The notes beneath the pieces are model-generated. The model was given only the letters and a program-made list of their open reading frames with translations, searched no databases and was not told the origin of the DNA. Below, one piece after another: positions 36,373 through 50,200 of a stretch of 64,000 bases of DNA (positions are counted from its first letter, which is position 1; every line of letters starts with the position of its first letter). The translations under genes and the position numbers were made by a program. This DNA comes from Tubulanus polymorphus (Eukaryota; Animalia; Nemertea). Where the stretch lies: assembly GCF_964204645.1 (NCBI RefSeq), contig NC_134027.1:27738560-27802559 (forward strand). The letters are read 5' to 3'.

Positions 36373-39300
36373 ATGACGGAATTAACTTTAGAATCAGTTC
36401 GTGAATTCCTCGTTTCTAACGACGGGAAAGTGAAAAATAAAGATATGGTGAAACATTTTAAACAGATTCTCAGTGATTCACATAATAAAGGTAGGTTACA
36501 TTCAAACCACGGCAGTGGACTCAGTCTCGGGAAGTGGTGGGTCCATCTCCCTCCCTCTAGGGCTCTAGGCTCTAGCCAAGCCTACTACAGTGTATTTTAG
36601 TAAGTAACCTGTCTGTGGTTTAGTTTCACGATCGGATATTTTCACAAACCACATGTTGGTATAAGCTTGTCCGATTATAGAAAGCTTACCACCAACGATT
36701 AGGTAACTAACTATAAGTTACACGCTGACTTACCGGTAGGTAGCCAGTAACCTGTTCAAAATCAGTTGGTACTAAAATTCCATGTTATACTTACAATGGA
36801 GTTGAAATGATAGTTTCTTCAACATCTTCGATCATATCAAATAAAGCCGTTCCTTCTTTAGGTTGGATGTGTCTAAAACCGGCTAAAACTCTTAACTCGC
36901 GTCCATTATCTGTAAACGGATAAAAATAACCTGTCTGTGGTTTAGTTTCACGATCAGATATTTTCGCTAACCACACGTTGGTATAAGCTTGTCCGATTAT
37001 AGAAAGCTTACCACCAACGATTAGGTACTAACTAGGCCCCACCCGGGATACACACAGGTCCCATCCAGGTCGTCCCTACTGGGAGCAGGTAGCCATTCAT
37101 TCATCAGTCATCATAAGAACAGAGAGAGGAGGGTCAAATGACTCCTGCAGTCTGATAGACACTCTGTCAAGTGTGGACCGGTGAATTGACGAGACTTGAC
37201 ACAAGTCGGATGCTCCCTCCGGATGACTGCGTTTTAAGTGTTAACCAACCTAACCATTATTCTTTAATAACACTAGTACCACGCACAGTGGAAGGTGACC
37301 TGAACCGGTCCTCACTCCTGTACGGCGCTCAGTCACATCTTAGAGTATTAGCTCTGACTGTGTGAGTGTATTGATGTACCCTGAGTTCCCATACAGATAG
37401 ACTCAACCTGTCCCTCACAATCATAGCACCTACAGCTACGCTGTCCCTAACATTACCACTGCCGTGCTGTCCCTCACATCACCACTACCGTGACTACAAA
37501 CTGCATTCAATTAATGAATTTATTCTACATTTTTAAAGCTGAAAACAGACAGAAATTCAAGGAATTTATCAATGAATTAGCGAGCGTAAGAACTGAGGTA
37601 AATATTGTATAAACAGTAGTAGGGCCGAACTACAACTTCCATGGATTTCCTGTAAACCGGGCGAATTTTGTTGGTCCCAAATGAGTTTTCTGCGTATTTC
37701 ACTGATTTGTTTATGTTGTTTGATTAAAGGACGGAGAAAAAATGATAATTTTAAAAACGAAGAAAAAAAAGAAGTTCATGTCATTAGACGATTTACCACC
37801 ACCACCTCCATCACCTCCTCGCGAAAATAGTCCGGTATCAGATGTTTCATCCAGGGATATTCCTCCAACTCCGACAGAATCAAGTATTACAGTAGAGAGT
37901 GGTCCAACCGAATCTGGAGAATCCAGTATCAAAGTAGAGAGTACTCCAACAGATTCCGGAGTAGGACTTGATATTGCTCCAACTAATGAATCTAATATCG
38001 ACAATGCTTCCAGTGTAAGTGTCTGGAAAACTGGGATCAACTTCACAATGATGTTCCTTGTTTGGAAATATTTGGGAATTTGATAGATTTTCCTCGAATC
38101 CAGAAAATATTTGGAAAATTCATATTGCACTTTGCGTAATGCAACTTACGCAGTTTTTCTTGAAAATGTTGGTGTCCCTGCTGTATGATAGTATCTGTTT
38201 ATTTCCATTTGGAAAATTTGAAGAATTTGCTGTAAATACTTGGGAATTGAGTTAACAATGTATTCGAGTAGTTGATGAATACGTGTATAGATGGCGTGCT
38301 AGTGAAAAGTGATGTTTATGTATCGTAGTTACAGACAACCGATGAAGAAAGTCCAAATCGACCGAACGTGAAAGACTTTGCGAAACAACTCGATGATCAA
38401 ATAGAAACTGATAAATTAGAACAATCGACCGTCGTGTTACGCAAAAAGAAATTCGAGGTAAATGAAAAAAAACTAATTCAAAATTCTCAAATAAAATGTT
38501 ACCTGAAATCTACAATTATCGATATACCGAGAATTCCCACAGTAATCCGTATAAATCTATAAAAGCGATGACAATATTAATCTCATTTTCTAATTGGTAA
38601 AAAGAGTTTAGGATCAGAAAGTTTTTAGAGGTTAAATTCTTAATTGCGTTTATATGAATAAACAGTTGTATTTCCCCTGGGGAGGGGAGGGATAAATGAG
38701 GTCTATCTCAATCATTGAAACTTTTATTTTACGATTCATTATAGAATCACGATTCAACGGAAAACAATGAAAACTTATCGGTAAGTGAAACACTGCGCCA
38801 CCTAGGTTTTGAATATGGAACTAATTACCGCTGATATTTATAATGATGATATTATTTGTTTCTAGTTGGAACCGTTGGATCATAAATTCATGATTGCCGC
38901 AGCTTGCGCCGATTATCATCCAATGGCTAAAATGTTACAACAAAATCCTAAACTCGTCTCACAACAGGTAAGAAAGTTTTTAATCAACGCTGTTTTCTCA
39001 AAGTGTGGGGGAAAACTTTTTTTGAGAGTTTGAAAATCATATTTCCTGTTTTTTTTCCAAATATTTGGGAATTTGATTTTACACTTGACATATCCAAGTG
39101 CTGAAATGTCGATGGCAACATTGATCAGTAATCTCTGTTAAAAATCTCCAGTTCACCAGTAATATGTTGACATTCCTGTAATATGATCAAATCTGGTCAT
39201 TTACATTTGGCAAAAATAGAATTAGGATTTTTTGTGTAGAATGAATCAAGGGATTATCGATATGATTGCGGTCTAGGAATCTTACGAGACTCTAAATCAT

Positions 39301-40589
39301 CAGCGCACCATTTAATTAAAACCGCTTCATGTCAACAACGGCGTTAAATCAAAAACAATCTGAAAAGGTCATTTTCTGTAAAACAAAAGCGCAATATTAG
39401 TGATAATAGGGGTTCGATGATCAGTGAGGTAAACATGAATAGTCAAGGTGTTTGTTAGATAACCTGTACTCCTGGTTCAACTGGTGTGGAATAAATAGCC
39501 TGCATTGAATAGATTACACTCTAACCTCATCACTTATACAATACACATCAATGATTCCTGTCTCTCTCTCCAACAACTAATCCTTTTATTACATACCGAT
39601 GTTTAGCTATCAAAAACCAGTTCTGTGAAATAAATATCGCTGTTACAAGGGGAGGGGGATAGAGGAATGGGTGAGGGGAGAAGGGGGTTTAGAGAGGGGG
39701 TAGATGTTTAATAGAATGGAATCATTGATTCACCGGGATAGGATAGAGGGGGAGGGGGTAGATCAATGATTCATACTGTATGTGTGTTTATAGGGGAGAG
39801 GGGGAGGAGGGGGAGGGGAGAAGGGGGAGGGGGAGAAGGGGGTTGTACACGTGGTGTATATGTGTGTTTATAGGGGGGAGGAGGGGGGTTGTACACGTGG
39901 TGTTTATGTGTGTTTATAGGGGGAGGGGGAGGAGGGGGGTTGAACACGTGGTGTATATGTGTGTTTATAGGGGGAGGAGGGGAGGGGGAGGGGGAGGAGG
40001 GGAGGGGGAGAAGGGGGTTGTACACGTGGTGTTTATGTGTGTTTAACAAGCACTTAACTACAATGATTTAATTGAAGTGTTGATTATTCACTGTCTTTAC
40101 ATTAATAACACCTACTGTTTGACGTTAACACTCATCTAATTGACACCTGCTCTTATCATTGTTGTTATTTCATATATCGCTAACGGCAACTAACCCGTCT
40201 GCTGCCTGCATCTGTATCATCGTCATACCGACGCTCACTTGCCAGGGTCTGACTCAGTTTATAGATTCAATCAGACACTGATTTGTTTTTACTCGCATTC
40301 AGTTTGTAATAAACTGATCAATGTTCATTTATAAAACTAATAAATCGATCAATCAGATCCTCGCTTTCCTCGTCAATTTCCTCATCGGTTTCCTCAGTTA
40401 GTTGTTCGTGTAATGTTTTCATGTTGAAAATTTATCTGGTAATTTTATTTTGACAGAAATCAATGTTATTTGTGTTTGATAAATCAGTATATATTAGATA
40501 TTTCATCCATCACAGAGATCCTCACTCGCCAGAGCTAGATTCCACTTATGTCAAGTTTTCTTTCTTTTTGTATTTTATGATTGCTGCTG

Positions 40590-40624
<35 letters not shown>

Positions 40625-43600
40625 ATTGTTGGTTTTAAAGGACTTGACTTCTGTAAGTACCATATTCTTTAACAATATGTTGGCCATTTCTAGATCGAGT
40701 GGTCAGATTGACCACTAGTGACCGTTCAGTGAGTTGAATGGTCAGATTGACTACTAGTGACCGTTCAGTGAGTTGAATGGTCAGATTGACCACTAGTGAC
40801 CATTCGATGAACTATTTAGTAATTCGATCACATTCTCTGATTTAATCAATGTTGTGTTTTGTCTCATGAGATGATGTTTACTTGATAGAGTTTAATTAAC
40901 CATCGTCAAATACACACAAACTGTGGGTTTTTACTTCTTGTCATAATGTGCTCTCTAGAATATATTATTAGTCTCTCCACTGGTCTCACAGACTGACCAC
41001 CGATCTCTCAGACTGACCATTGGTCTCACAGATTGACCATTGGTCTCCCGGACTGACCACCGGTTTTTTAGACTGACTACCAGTGTAACAGGCTGGCCAC
41101 TGGTCTCACAAACTGACCATTGGTCTCACAGACTGACCACTGGTCTCACAGATTGATCACTGATCTCACAAACTGACCATTGGTCTCAACAGACTGACCA
41201 CTGGTCTCACAGATTGATCGCTGATCTCACAAACTGACCATCAGTCTCACAGACTGACCACCAGTCTCACAGACTGACCCCTGGTTTTTCCACAAACTGA
41301 CCACTAGTCTCCTAGAGTCGCCACTAGTCTCCTGGACTGACCACCAATCTCACAGACTGACCCCTGGTTTTTCCACAAACTGACCACTAGTCTCCTAGAC
41401 TCGCCACTAGTCTCCTGGACTGACCACCAATCTCACAGACTGACCACCAGTCTCCTAGACTGGCCACTATTCTTCTGGACTGACCACCAATCTCACAGAC
41501 TGACCACCGGTCTCTGATAAGTTCATAATAAATAGTTATTATTTGTTTTATTGATTGATTATATGATACCAGGCTGTAAGTATAGATTATTGTTCTATTA
41601 AACCGCAGTATTAGAAATCGCTTAAATCTTAACCATTGATTTCTTACACAATTCTTTTCCTCATTGTTTGAAAATCCTTCCCTAATCAGATATTTCATGT
41701 TTTGTAATGAATTTTTCAAATCCTAATAATAGATTTCATTAGTAGAATTAATAATGTTAATTTTTCTTAATACTTGATTTAATTATTATTTCTTGCTTGC
41801 CTCACTCCGTGTAAAATTAGTTTAAATTTGTCAAATCACACGTGTATGTTGTACTAGTAATAATCTGTATCAGTGTAAGGGGCTGGGGATAAAGGGGGGG
41901 AGGGAGAGTTATTTCTAAACCATGTATCTTGGTTAATGGTTGAATTTGACTTTGTGCATTTTTGCTAAGTTGTTTCATCTCCAAAATAAACTGCAAATTA
42001 AATTAAGCTAATTAGAATAAACTTAATGAAACTTAGTGAATGTCTGGGGTCCAAATAGTCAAACATGTTTCTCTAATGCAAAATTGTTTTTATATTTTTT
42101 TTCTAAATTTGGTTGTATTACTGGTTGTATTACTGGTTGTATTACTGGTTGTATTACTGGTTGCATTAATAGTATGTAAGTAAAGTTTAACAATAGAAAT
42201 TAAAAGTGATTTGTAACAATTATATTTAATGATGCTTTAAACACTTCATGTTTCAATAAAGAATTTGGTCACGTTTCAGAAAGTTGATATAATTTATAAA
42301 TGGTTGATATTTCAGACACCGTTACATTGGGCGTGCAAACACGGAAATCTAGACGTCGTTAAAATGTTAGCCGGAAAATACAAAGCTAATGTGAACGTTA
42401 AATCGGTACGTATTGTAACCTGTAGGGGGCGCTGTACGTAATCAATCTGTTATTAGATGTTTTACAATTGTTATAAATTCATCAGTTCACAGTAGCAGCA
42501 GCAGCCGGGTCGTGGAGAGAGCTCTCTTTCTGTTGATGAAACTTTTGTTCGAATTCGTCACAATACACTTTAGAATTGAATGCATTAATGATGGTTGATG
42601 TTGATGTAGGGAATATTTGATTAAATCATGGTTCGATCAATCAGTAATAGAATCGTAATGAGATTATAGCGAGAACAACCACTCATTCCTCACCTCGCGT
42701 CCTCGCATTCCTCGCAGGCAATCATCGATATTGCGTTGAATTGAGAGAAACTTTGAAATCGACGACTCTTCGACCTGCGACGGAGACCGACCACAGGTTT
42801 ATAATCAGTGTTACTCCTCAATCATAATTACCCACGAAAAACACCATATTTCATTCTGTTCAAAAACGTAGATTACATTTTTAGAAATTCATTATCAATT
42901 TAACGATGTGTGGAATTTGATTGCGGTTTGGTGTCTCGTCGAGCTCCGCGGCACGGGCGCAGCGCGGGCGCGGCACGGGCGCGGGTGATATCTATATATT
43001 CATCGTCGTGTTGAGTCTCATTAGCGTAGAATAATGTCACATACGACGAGTTTCTGAACGTCTCCAACGCGAAATTATTCTTACAATTTTCTTATCAAAC
43101 GCTGCTAAGTTTATACAATAGCTGACAAATAAAGTGTGGTGAGGTTGACAGCATTGATACGAATCAAATGCACTAATGAAAAAGCAAGCTTCATATAACT
43201 GGCTTTTGTGCGCGAATGAATGCACACTTAATACCGTTAGTGGTTTGTGTCAAGGTAGAATTCTACACTTTCATTTTGTACCCAGCGAGGGGTTCTCCTC
43301 AGCTGTCATAGAAAACAACCATTCAATGGATCACAACTCTGACAAACTTAGATTGCCAACATGATAGGGTAATGAGCTAACATATAACAGCACGATACAG
43401 GGGGGAGGGAGGGGAGGAACTAGGGGGGACCGGCGCGTTCCAGCGCGTTACAACGTAATAAAGTCTATCTAATAAAAACAATCACAACAGGGTCTCCTCA
43501 AACATTACGATCCTCCTCTCTCATCCCGGAATCCTTCTTTTCATCCATTGTTTCATCATCGTCATCATCACTTACATTGATTACTTTCTTTTTTTCATTG

Positions 43601-43730
43601 TTTCCCTTGACAACGCTTATCTCCCTTGACGATATCGCCACGACAACCGTACAGCATGTAAGTATCTTAAACTTTTATTGTTTAATTGAATAGATTTATC
43701 GATATTAATTCAATAACCTCTCTCTCTCTC

Positions 43731-43772
<42 letters not shown>

Positions 43773-44181
43773 CCTCCCTCCCTCCCTCCCTCCCTCCCTC
43801 CCTCCCTCCCTCCGTCCCTCCTCTCTCTCCCCTCTCCTCTCTCCCTCCCTCTCCCCTACCTCTCTCTCTCTCCCCTACCTCTCTCTCCCCTCCCTCTCTC
43901 TCCCTTCCTCTCTCTCCCTCCCTCTCTCCCCTACCTCCCTCCCTCCCTCTCTCTCCTCTCTTTCTCTGTAACTGACCGATGTATTTATGGTGAAGGTGTC
44001 TCTGGTAGTGTTTGATTGAATTATGAATACAAGTGTCGTGTCTCACTCTTTCTGTATGTGTTCAATTTTCCATCATTTATCAACGTTTTTGCTTGGTTAA
44101 ACATTGATAATGGTGAATTCCCTGATGTTAGTTCGTGTAAGCTCATTTCATCAGTTGATTTGTCGAGCAGCGCCTGTGATA

Positions 44182-44212
<31 letters not shown>

Positions 44213-44243
44213 ATCTAACATCACCTCACTCACTACAGTCTGA

Positions 44244-44280
<37 letters not shown>

Positions 44281-47200
44281 TAAAAGAACAACGTGCAGTA
44301 GATATTTTATCATAATCTCCCCCTCCCTCTCTCTCTCCCTCCTGTATTCATCTTTAAAATGAAGGATACTTTTTAAAAGTTTTATGTTTCTAATAACTGT
44401 TATTTCATTCTGTTTATTTCATGGTGATGTCGATGGCGTTTTGAACATTAGGGGGTAAGTGTATTGATATAAAACACGTAGTGTCTCTAGAGTACCGCGT
44501 GTTAACACCAGTCTCTCATAATTGCTGCTATAAAACCTGACAGGTTTTTCACTAATCAGAAAAACTGACGTGAAATTGTGTTTTACATGAAACAGAAACC
44601 ACAATTATATGAATTACTGACGACTCTCAGTGATCAGTGATTAGCTACTAATTGTAATAGTGTGAAAGCTGGTTTATATCATACCTCCCGACCTCCCTCC
44701 TCCCCCTCCCTCCTCCCTCCCCCCTGTCACATTTACTATTCTATTGTTCACATGAACTCATTTAGGTTTAGATGCGATATTTAGATGATGTTTAGATTCA
44801 AATCGTTTAAGGGTCGGTTCTCAGCTTTTATCCGACTCAATTCAACGATGAAGACATAAGTTAAAGATTGATGATTAGCAGTTCTTACATTACCTGAGGG
44901 AGGGATAATTCTGTAATAGGATGAGGAGATGTAGACATGGTCTGTGATCATGTTCATTTCATCCTTGTGTTAACACGATGCTCCCTAATGGTTTAACTGA
45001 CTCCCACTAGTGTGACAATCACTGAACTGTATCAATTCACAATCTATTTACAACTCACTTACTAGTTTATATATACCACTCCTACTCTCTACTCGATACA
45101 GCTACCGATACAGCGTAGAGTGGTACACCAGCGTGTACCGCTCTACACCGGTGTAGAGCGGTACACGCCAGTGTAGAGCGGTACACGCCAGTGTACAGCG
45201 GTACACGTTGGTGTAGAGCGGTACACGCCGGTGTAGAGTGGTACACGCCAGTGTACAGCGGTACATGCCGGTGTAGAGCGGTACACGCCGGTGTAGAGTG
45301 GTACACGCCGGTGTAGAGCGGTACACGCCGTTGTAGAGCGGTACACACCGGTGTAGAGCGGTACACACCGGTGTAGAGCGGTACACGCCGGTGTAGAGCG
45401 TAGAGCGGTACACGTTGGTGTAGAGCGGTACACGTTGGTGTAGAGCGGTACACGTTGGTGTAGAGCGGTACATGCCGGTGTAGAGCGGTACACGCCGGTG
45501 TAGAGTGGTACATGCCGGTGTAGAGCGGTACACGTTGGTGTAGAGCGGTACACTGGTGTAGAGCGGTACATGTTGGTGTAGAGCGGTACACTGGTGTAGA
45601 GCGGTACACGTTGTAAACACGGTTGTTAGTAATCATGTTTGTGATGTGTGGTGATAATTTACACGTCTAAACTGTGAAATATCTCGAGAGGTTTTAATCG
45701 TGTATTCGTGCAGAAATCATTAGCCAGCCGTTGACAGGTCATTTAGTTTAACTTATCTATCACGTCACTAGAATGTGACATGTGATGCCCCCTAGACTCA
45801 GTTAGCATGTAATACATCACAGTGGTTATCTATGATACACTTCACCGCTCATGAGGAAAGTATTAACTCAACTAAACTGAGATGTAACGAGAGAGCTGTC
45901 TCGAGAGATCGACGCCAACTCGGCGCTCGGGTCTCTCGGGAAACCACGTCCATTCATCCTAAAAACCGAAATATAACAACGTTCTCTATCGTTGCTGCTG
46001 TCGTCGTAGTTACATGTTTATCTATCTATTATTGTAGGGATATACTCCGTTACATTTAGCTGCTCAAGGAAATCATGAAGATATCATTGATGTGTTAATT
46101 GGTGCTTATAGTAAGTACCGCTAATCAACATTTCAAATGCTACATTCATTTCTACAATTCTCTACTGATTTCAGCATCTCAGTTCTGGCTTGAGTTCCAC
46201 AATACTGGGTCCAGTTCCACTGTTTTGTACTCAGTTCCACTGGTCTGGATTCAGTTCCACAGTACTTGGTCCAGTTCCACAGTTGTGTACTCGGTTCCAC
46301 AGTTCTGTACTCAGTTCCACAGTACTGTGCCCAGTTCCACAGTTCAGGACTCAGTTCCACAGTACTGTGCCTGATACCACAGTTCTGTGCCCGGTCCCAC
46401 AGAAACTGGTGCCAAATTTGTGGAACTTGATCCAGTTCCACAGTTGTGGGTTAGAGTTAACTATGAGTTAACTCAGAGTTAAATCTTAACTCGGAACTGT
46501 GGACCCTGGATCCGGTTCTGTGGGACTGGATCCAGTACTGAGTAATTGTGTAACTGGATGGTGTAACTGTGGAACTGTGTAACTGGCTGATGTATAAATA
46601 TTTATTGTATATATTTACAGAAGCTGATGTATCTATTCGTGATTATAGCGGTAAAAAGGCGAAACATTATTTACGAAACAGCGCTAGTGCTATCAGTAAG
46701 CATCGCTCTTATTCATTACATGATTTCATTCAATTTCAAAAACCAAGATTTCAAGAAAAACGTAGTTTAGAAATTAGACATTTATCTCTTCATGAAGGAT
46801 TATGTAAATATTCATCTGAGGTTTAAATATTCTCAATAGGACCAGCACCGTTACTGGTTATAGACTCAAATATCGGGTGAGACAGTTCTCAATTACTGAC
46901 TGCTTTATACCGCATCCTAAACAGACACTGTGCAGTAGGGACCCCCGGGCTGACTCCGGACTGACCCTCGGGCTGACTCCGGACTGACCCCCGGGGCTTA
47001 TATGATATTTTATAATGATGTTTAAGATCTGATCGCTTTAATACTGCAGCTCAATTAAAGCTTATTCAAGGTTTTATTAGATGTTTATATTTAGGTGGTT
47101 TTTACTGTTTTATTTTCTCAGAGTATTTCGAATATTTTATTAAACCGAGTTTTTGTCAAAGAATCTCAGAATTTCAACTAATCAAAAACTGGCTTTATTT

Positions 47201-50200
47201 CTCACACGCGCAACGCACCTGCTTAATTAATTAATATTAACTTAAACCATTAACTTACATGTTTTAACATATAAACAACACATGTAAGGACACATGTTTG
47301 AATAAGGATACATGTTTTAACACAAATCTTTTATGTAAGGGTATATAGTTTAACATGGATGCATATTAAACATGTTAGGCAAAATGTTTAGTAAAGATAT
47401 GTCTTTTATTTACATAAGGATACAAATTTACATGTTTTTGCATGTTCAGGATACTTGTTTTATATAAGGATACATGTTTTAACATGTTGATACGCATGTT
47501 TTGTTAAAGATACATGTTTCCATAATGTGGATACATGTTTTTAACATTTTAGGGATGTTTAAAATACGGATAAATGTTTTAACATGTTAGGACACATGTT
47601 TCCTATAAGGATACATATAAGGTGGTGGCACGTGGTATTTTATGGCCACCTGTTTCACCCCATCCACTTTAATTATTGTTCTTTTATTGGATGAATCAAA
47701 TAGTTATTGATTGTTTAATGCACAACCTGTTCGCAATAAGAGATTATAAGAGAAAACACCAGTAAAAACATTGCATGTTCCGACATCGTAAATCAACTAC
47801 TAGAAATCACTGAATCTGAATTTCATAACGAAGTATAAAAATAAGACAGGTCAAATAAGTACAAGTTTATATCAAGTTTATTAATTAATCAAATTAATAA
47901 CTTATTAATAATATGTAATAATTATCAAAAGTTGTAATGGATTTTATTGTAATACGTCGTAATAAATGGAAATAATGATTTCTTCATAAACTATTTGATA
48001 TAATGATTGAATGAATGGAGGATGAGTCTAACAGAGGATCTCTCGTCGTCAACGGAGATAGATATTCACGGTACTGTTTTCTGTTGTATTATTATTGAAT
48101 GTTTTGTGTGCACGAAAAAAACCTCTTTATTTCTCTTTGATTGAATTGGATTTTAATATAAAACACATTGTCCCGCGTCGCTCGGCTCGTTTCCATCGGT
48201 TACCAGCTAATTAACGATTATTAATTCCGATGTTTCTTTGTTCCAAACCGAGATCAAGTTTCATAGATTTTCTAATATAAACGTGAATTCTCTGATCACT
48301 TCCTCTCTATTAAGTTACTGTTTTGTAAATATGATAAATACAACAATCGCGACCAGTGAGTTTGAAAACATCATTTCCCGTCTGTCGTGTATGAGATTCT
48401 GTATCCGTGACGATGACGTCTACTGTCTCTTTGTTCAGCGGTGATTGTTGACTAATCGAGTCCCGCTTTGCGCTCGGTAACTGGCTCGGTGATTCTGTGA
48501 TAGGGTAGGCTCTGTCTGTCCACTGCTGCATGTTTCCTCCACCGACACTTACTCTGGCTAGTGAGGTTATTCAGAAGCATTTATAAAAGATCTTTATATA
48601 TTTATAATTGCATGGTTTTGGTTTTTGTAATTTTTTTATGATTAGAAAATAGAAAGATGGAAATATATAATACAGTAAAATCCTATAATATGAAATGATA
48701 GATAAAGTCTGAGAAGTTTTCCTCGAGTTTGATTTCGACTAAATTCTTAAAGTCATCTTCAGGAATATTGAATACTAATTTTACTGTATTATCTTTGGAC
48801 ATAGATTCACAGTGTTTCATCAAGATCTCTATGTATGTAATGTTACAGGGTTATCTGAAATGTCTCTGGTTACACACAGTTATACCAGGATAACCTATAG
48901 TTATTCTGGGGTAACTGTGTGTACCCAGGCAGGGCAGGGCAGGGCGGGATGAGGCCGGGCAGGGCGGGATGAGGCCAACAGGGCGGGTTGAGGCCGGGCA
49001 GGGCGGGATGAGGCCGGGCAGGGCGGGATGAGGCCGACAGGGCGAGTTGAGGCCGGGCAGGGCGGGATGAGGCCAACAGGGCGGGTTGAGGCCGGGCAGG
49101 GCGGGATGAGGCCGGGCAGGGCGGGTTGAGGCCGGGCAGGGCGGGATGAGGCCGGGCAGGGCGGGATGAGGCCGACAGGGCGAGTTGAGGCCGGGCAGGG
49201 CGGGATGAGGCCAACAGGGCGGGTTGAGGCCGGGCAGGGCGGGATGAGGCCGGGCAGGGTGAGTTGAGGTCAGGCAGGGCGGGATGAGACCGGGCAGGGC
49301 GGGTTGAGGCCGGGCAGGGCGGGATGAGGCCGGGCAAAGTGGGGTGTTGAAGGTAAAGTAAAACAATAATCAGTGATGTTATAAATGTAGTAAGCACGTT
49401 CTGTTGTTAGTTATTTATAAAGAGTTGTTTATTGATTGTTTGAAACTGTTTTTATTGTAGAATTATTCAATATAGAAGAAGAGAAGAAAGTTTTATTAGG
49501 TAAATATTCCATCCCTAGAATCTAGATTTACATTTCAGTCAACTTAATCAATATTTTCTATATTTATTTGTAATGTAATTGCAGATAAAGAAGTTAAAGA
49601 AGCCGTAAAAAATGTCGGTGATCCAAAATATCAGAATATAACATCATTATTGGGATCTCAGGGCAGCAATATCAGAGCAAGTTTCAGAGCTTATCGCACT
49701 CAGATACATAACAGAAGAAACAGCAACAACAGCCCAACTTTATCACCTAAACTTAAAAAGGTAAATTATTTACAGCATATATTCTGTCTGTTCACCCTTC
49801 ACTGTACCTACCACTCTGTTCACCCCATCTGACTGTTCACCCCACCCTACTCTGCAATCTAAATGTTCCCCTCCCTCTAGCTGTTCACCCCCTCCCTGTT
49901 CACCCCCTCCCTCTAGCTGTTCAGCCCCCCATCTAACTGTTCACCCCAACCCTACTCTGTTAATCCTGCACTCAAATGTTCCCCCACCTCTAACTGTTCA
50001 CCCCCTCCCCCCTAACTGTTCACTCTCTGAACGTGTCACTAGTTGTAATTACATGTATAATGTCAATAGATTAATGAAGTTCTCTGATTACATCTGAACG
50101 TGTTAATATCAATAGAAATCACCATTCAGCCACTCTTACCACTCATTCACCACTCATTCACCCACTCGGCCGGTCGGCCGTTCGGGTATAAAATCATTCT

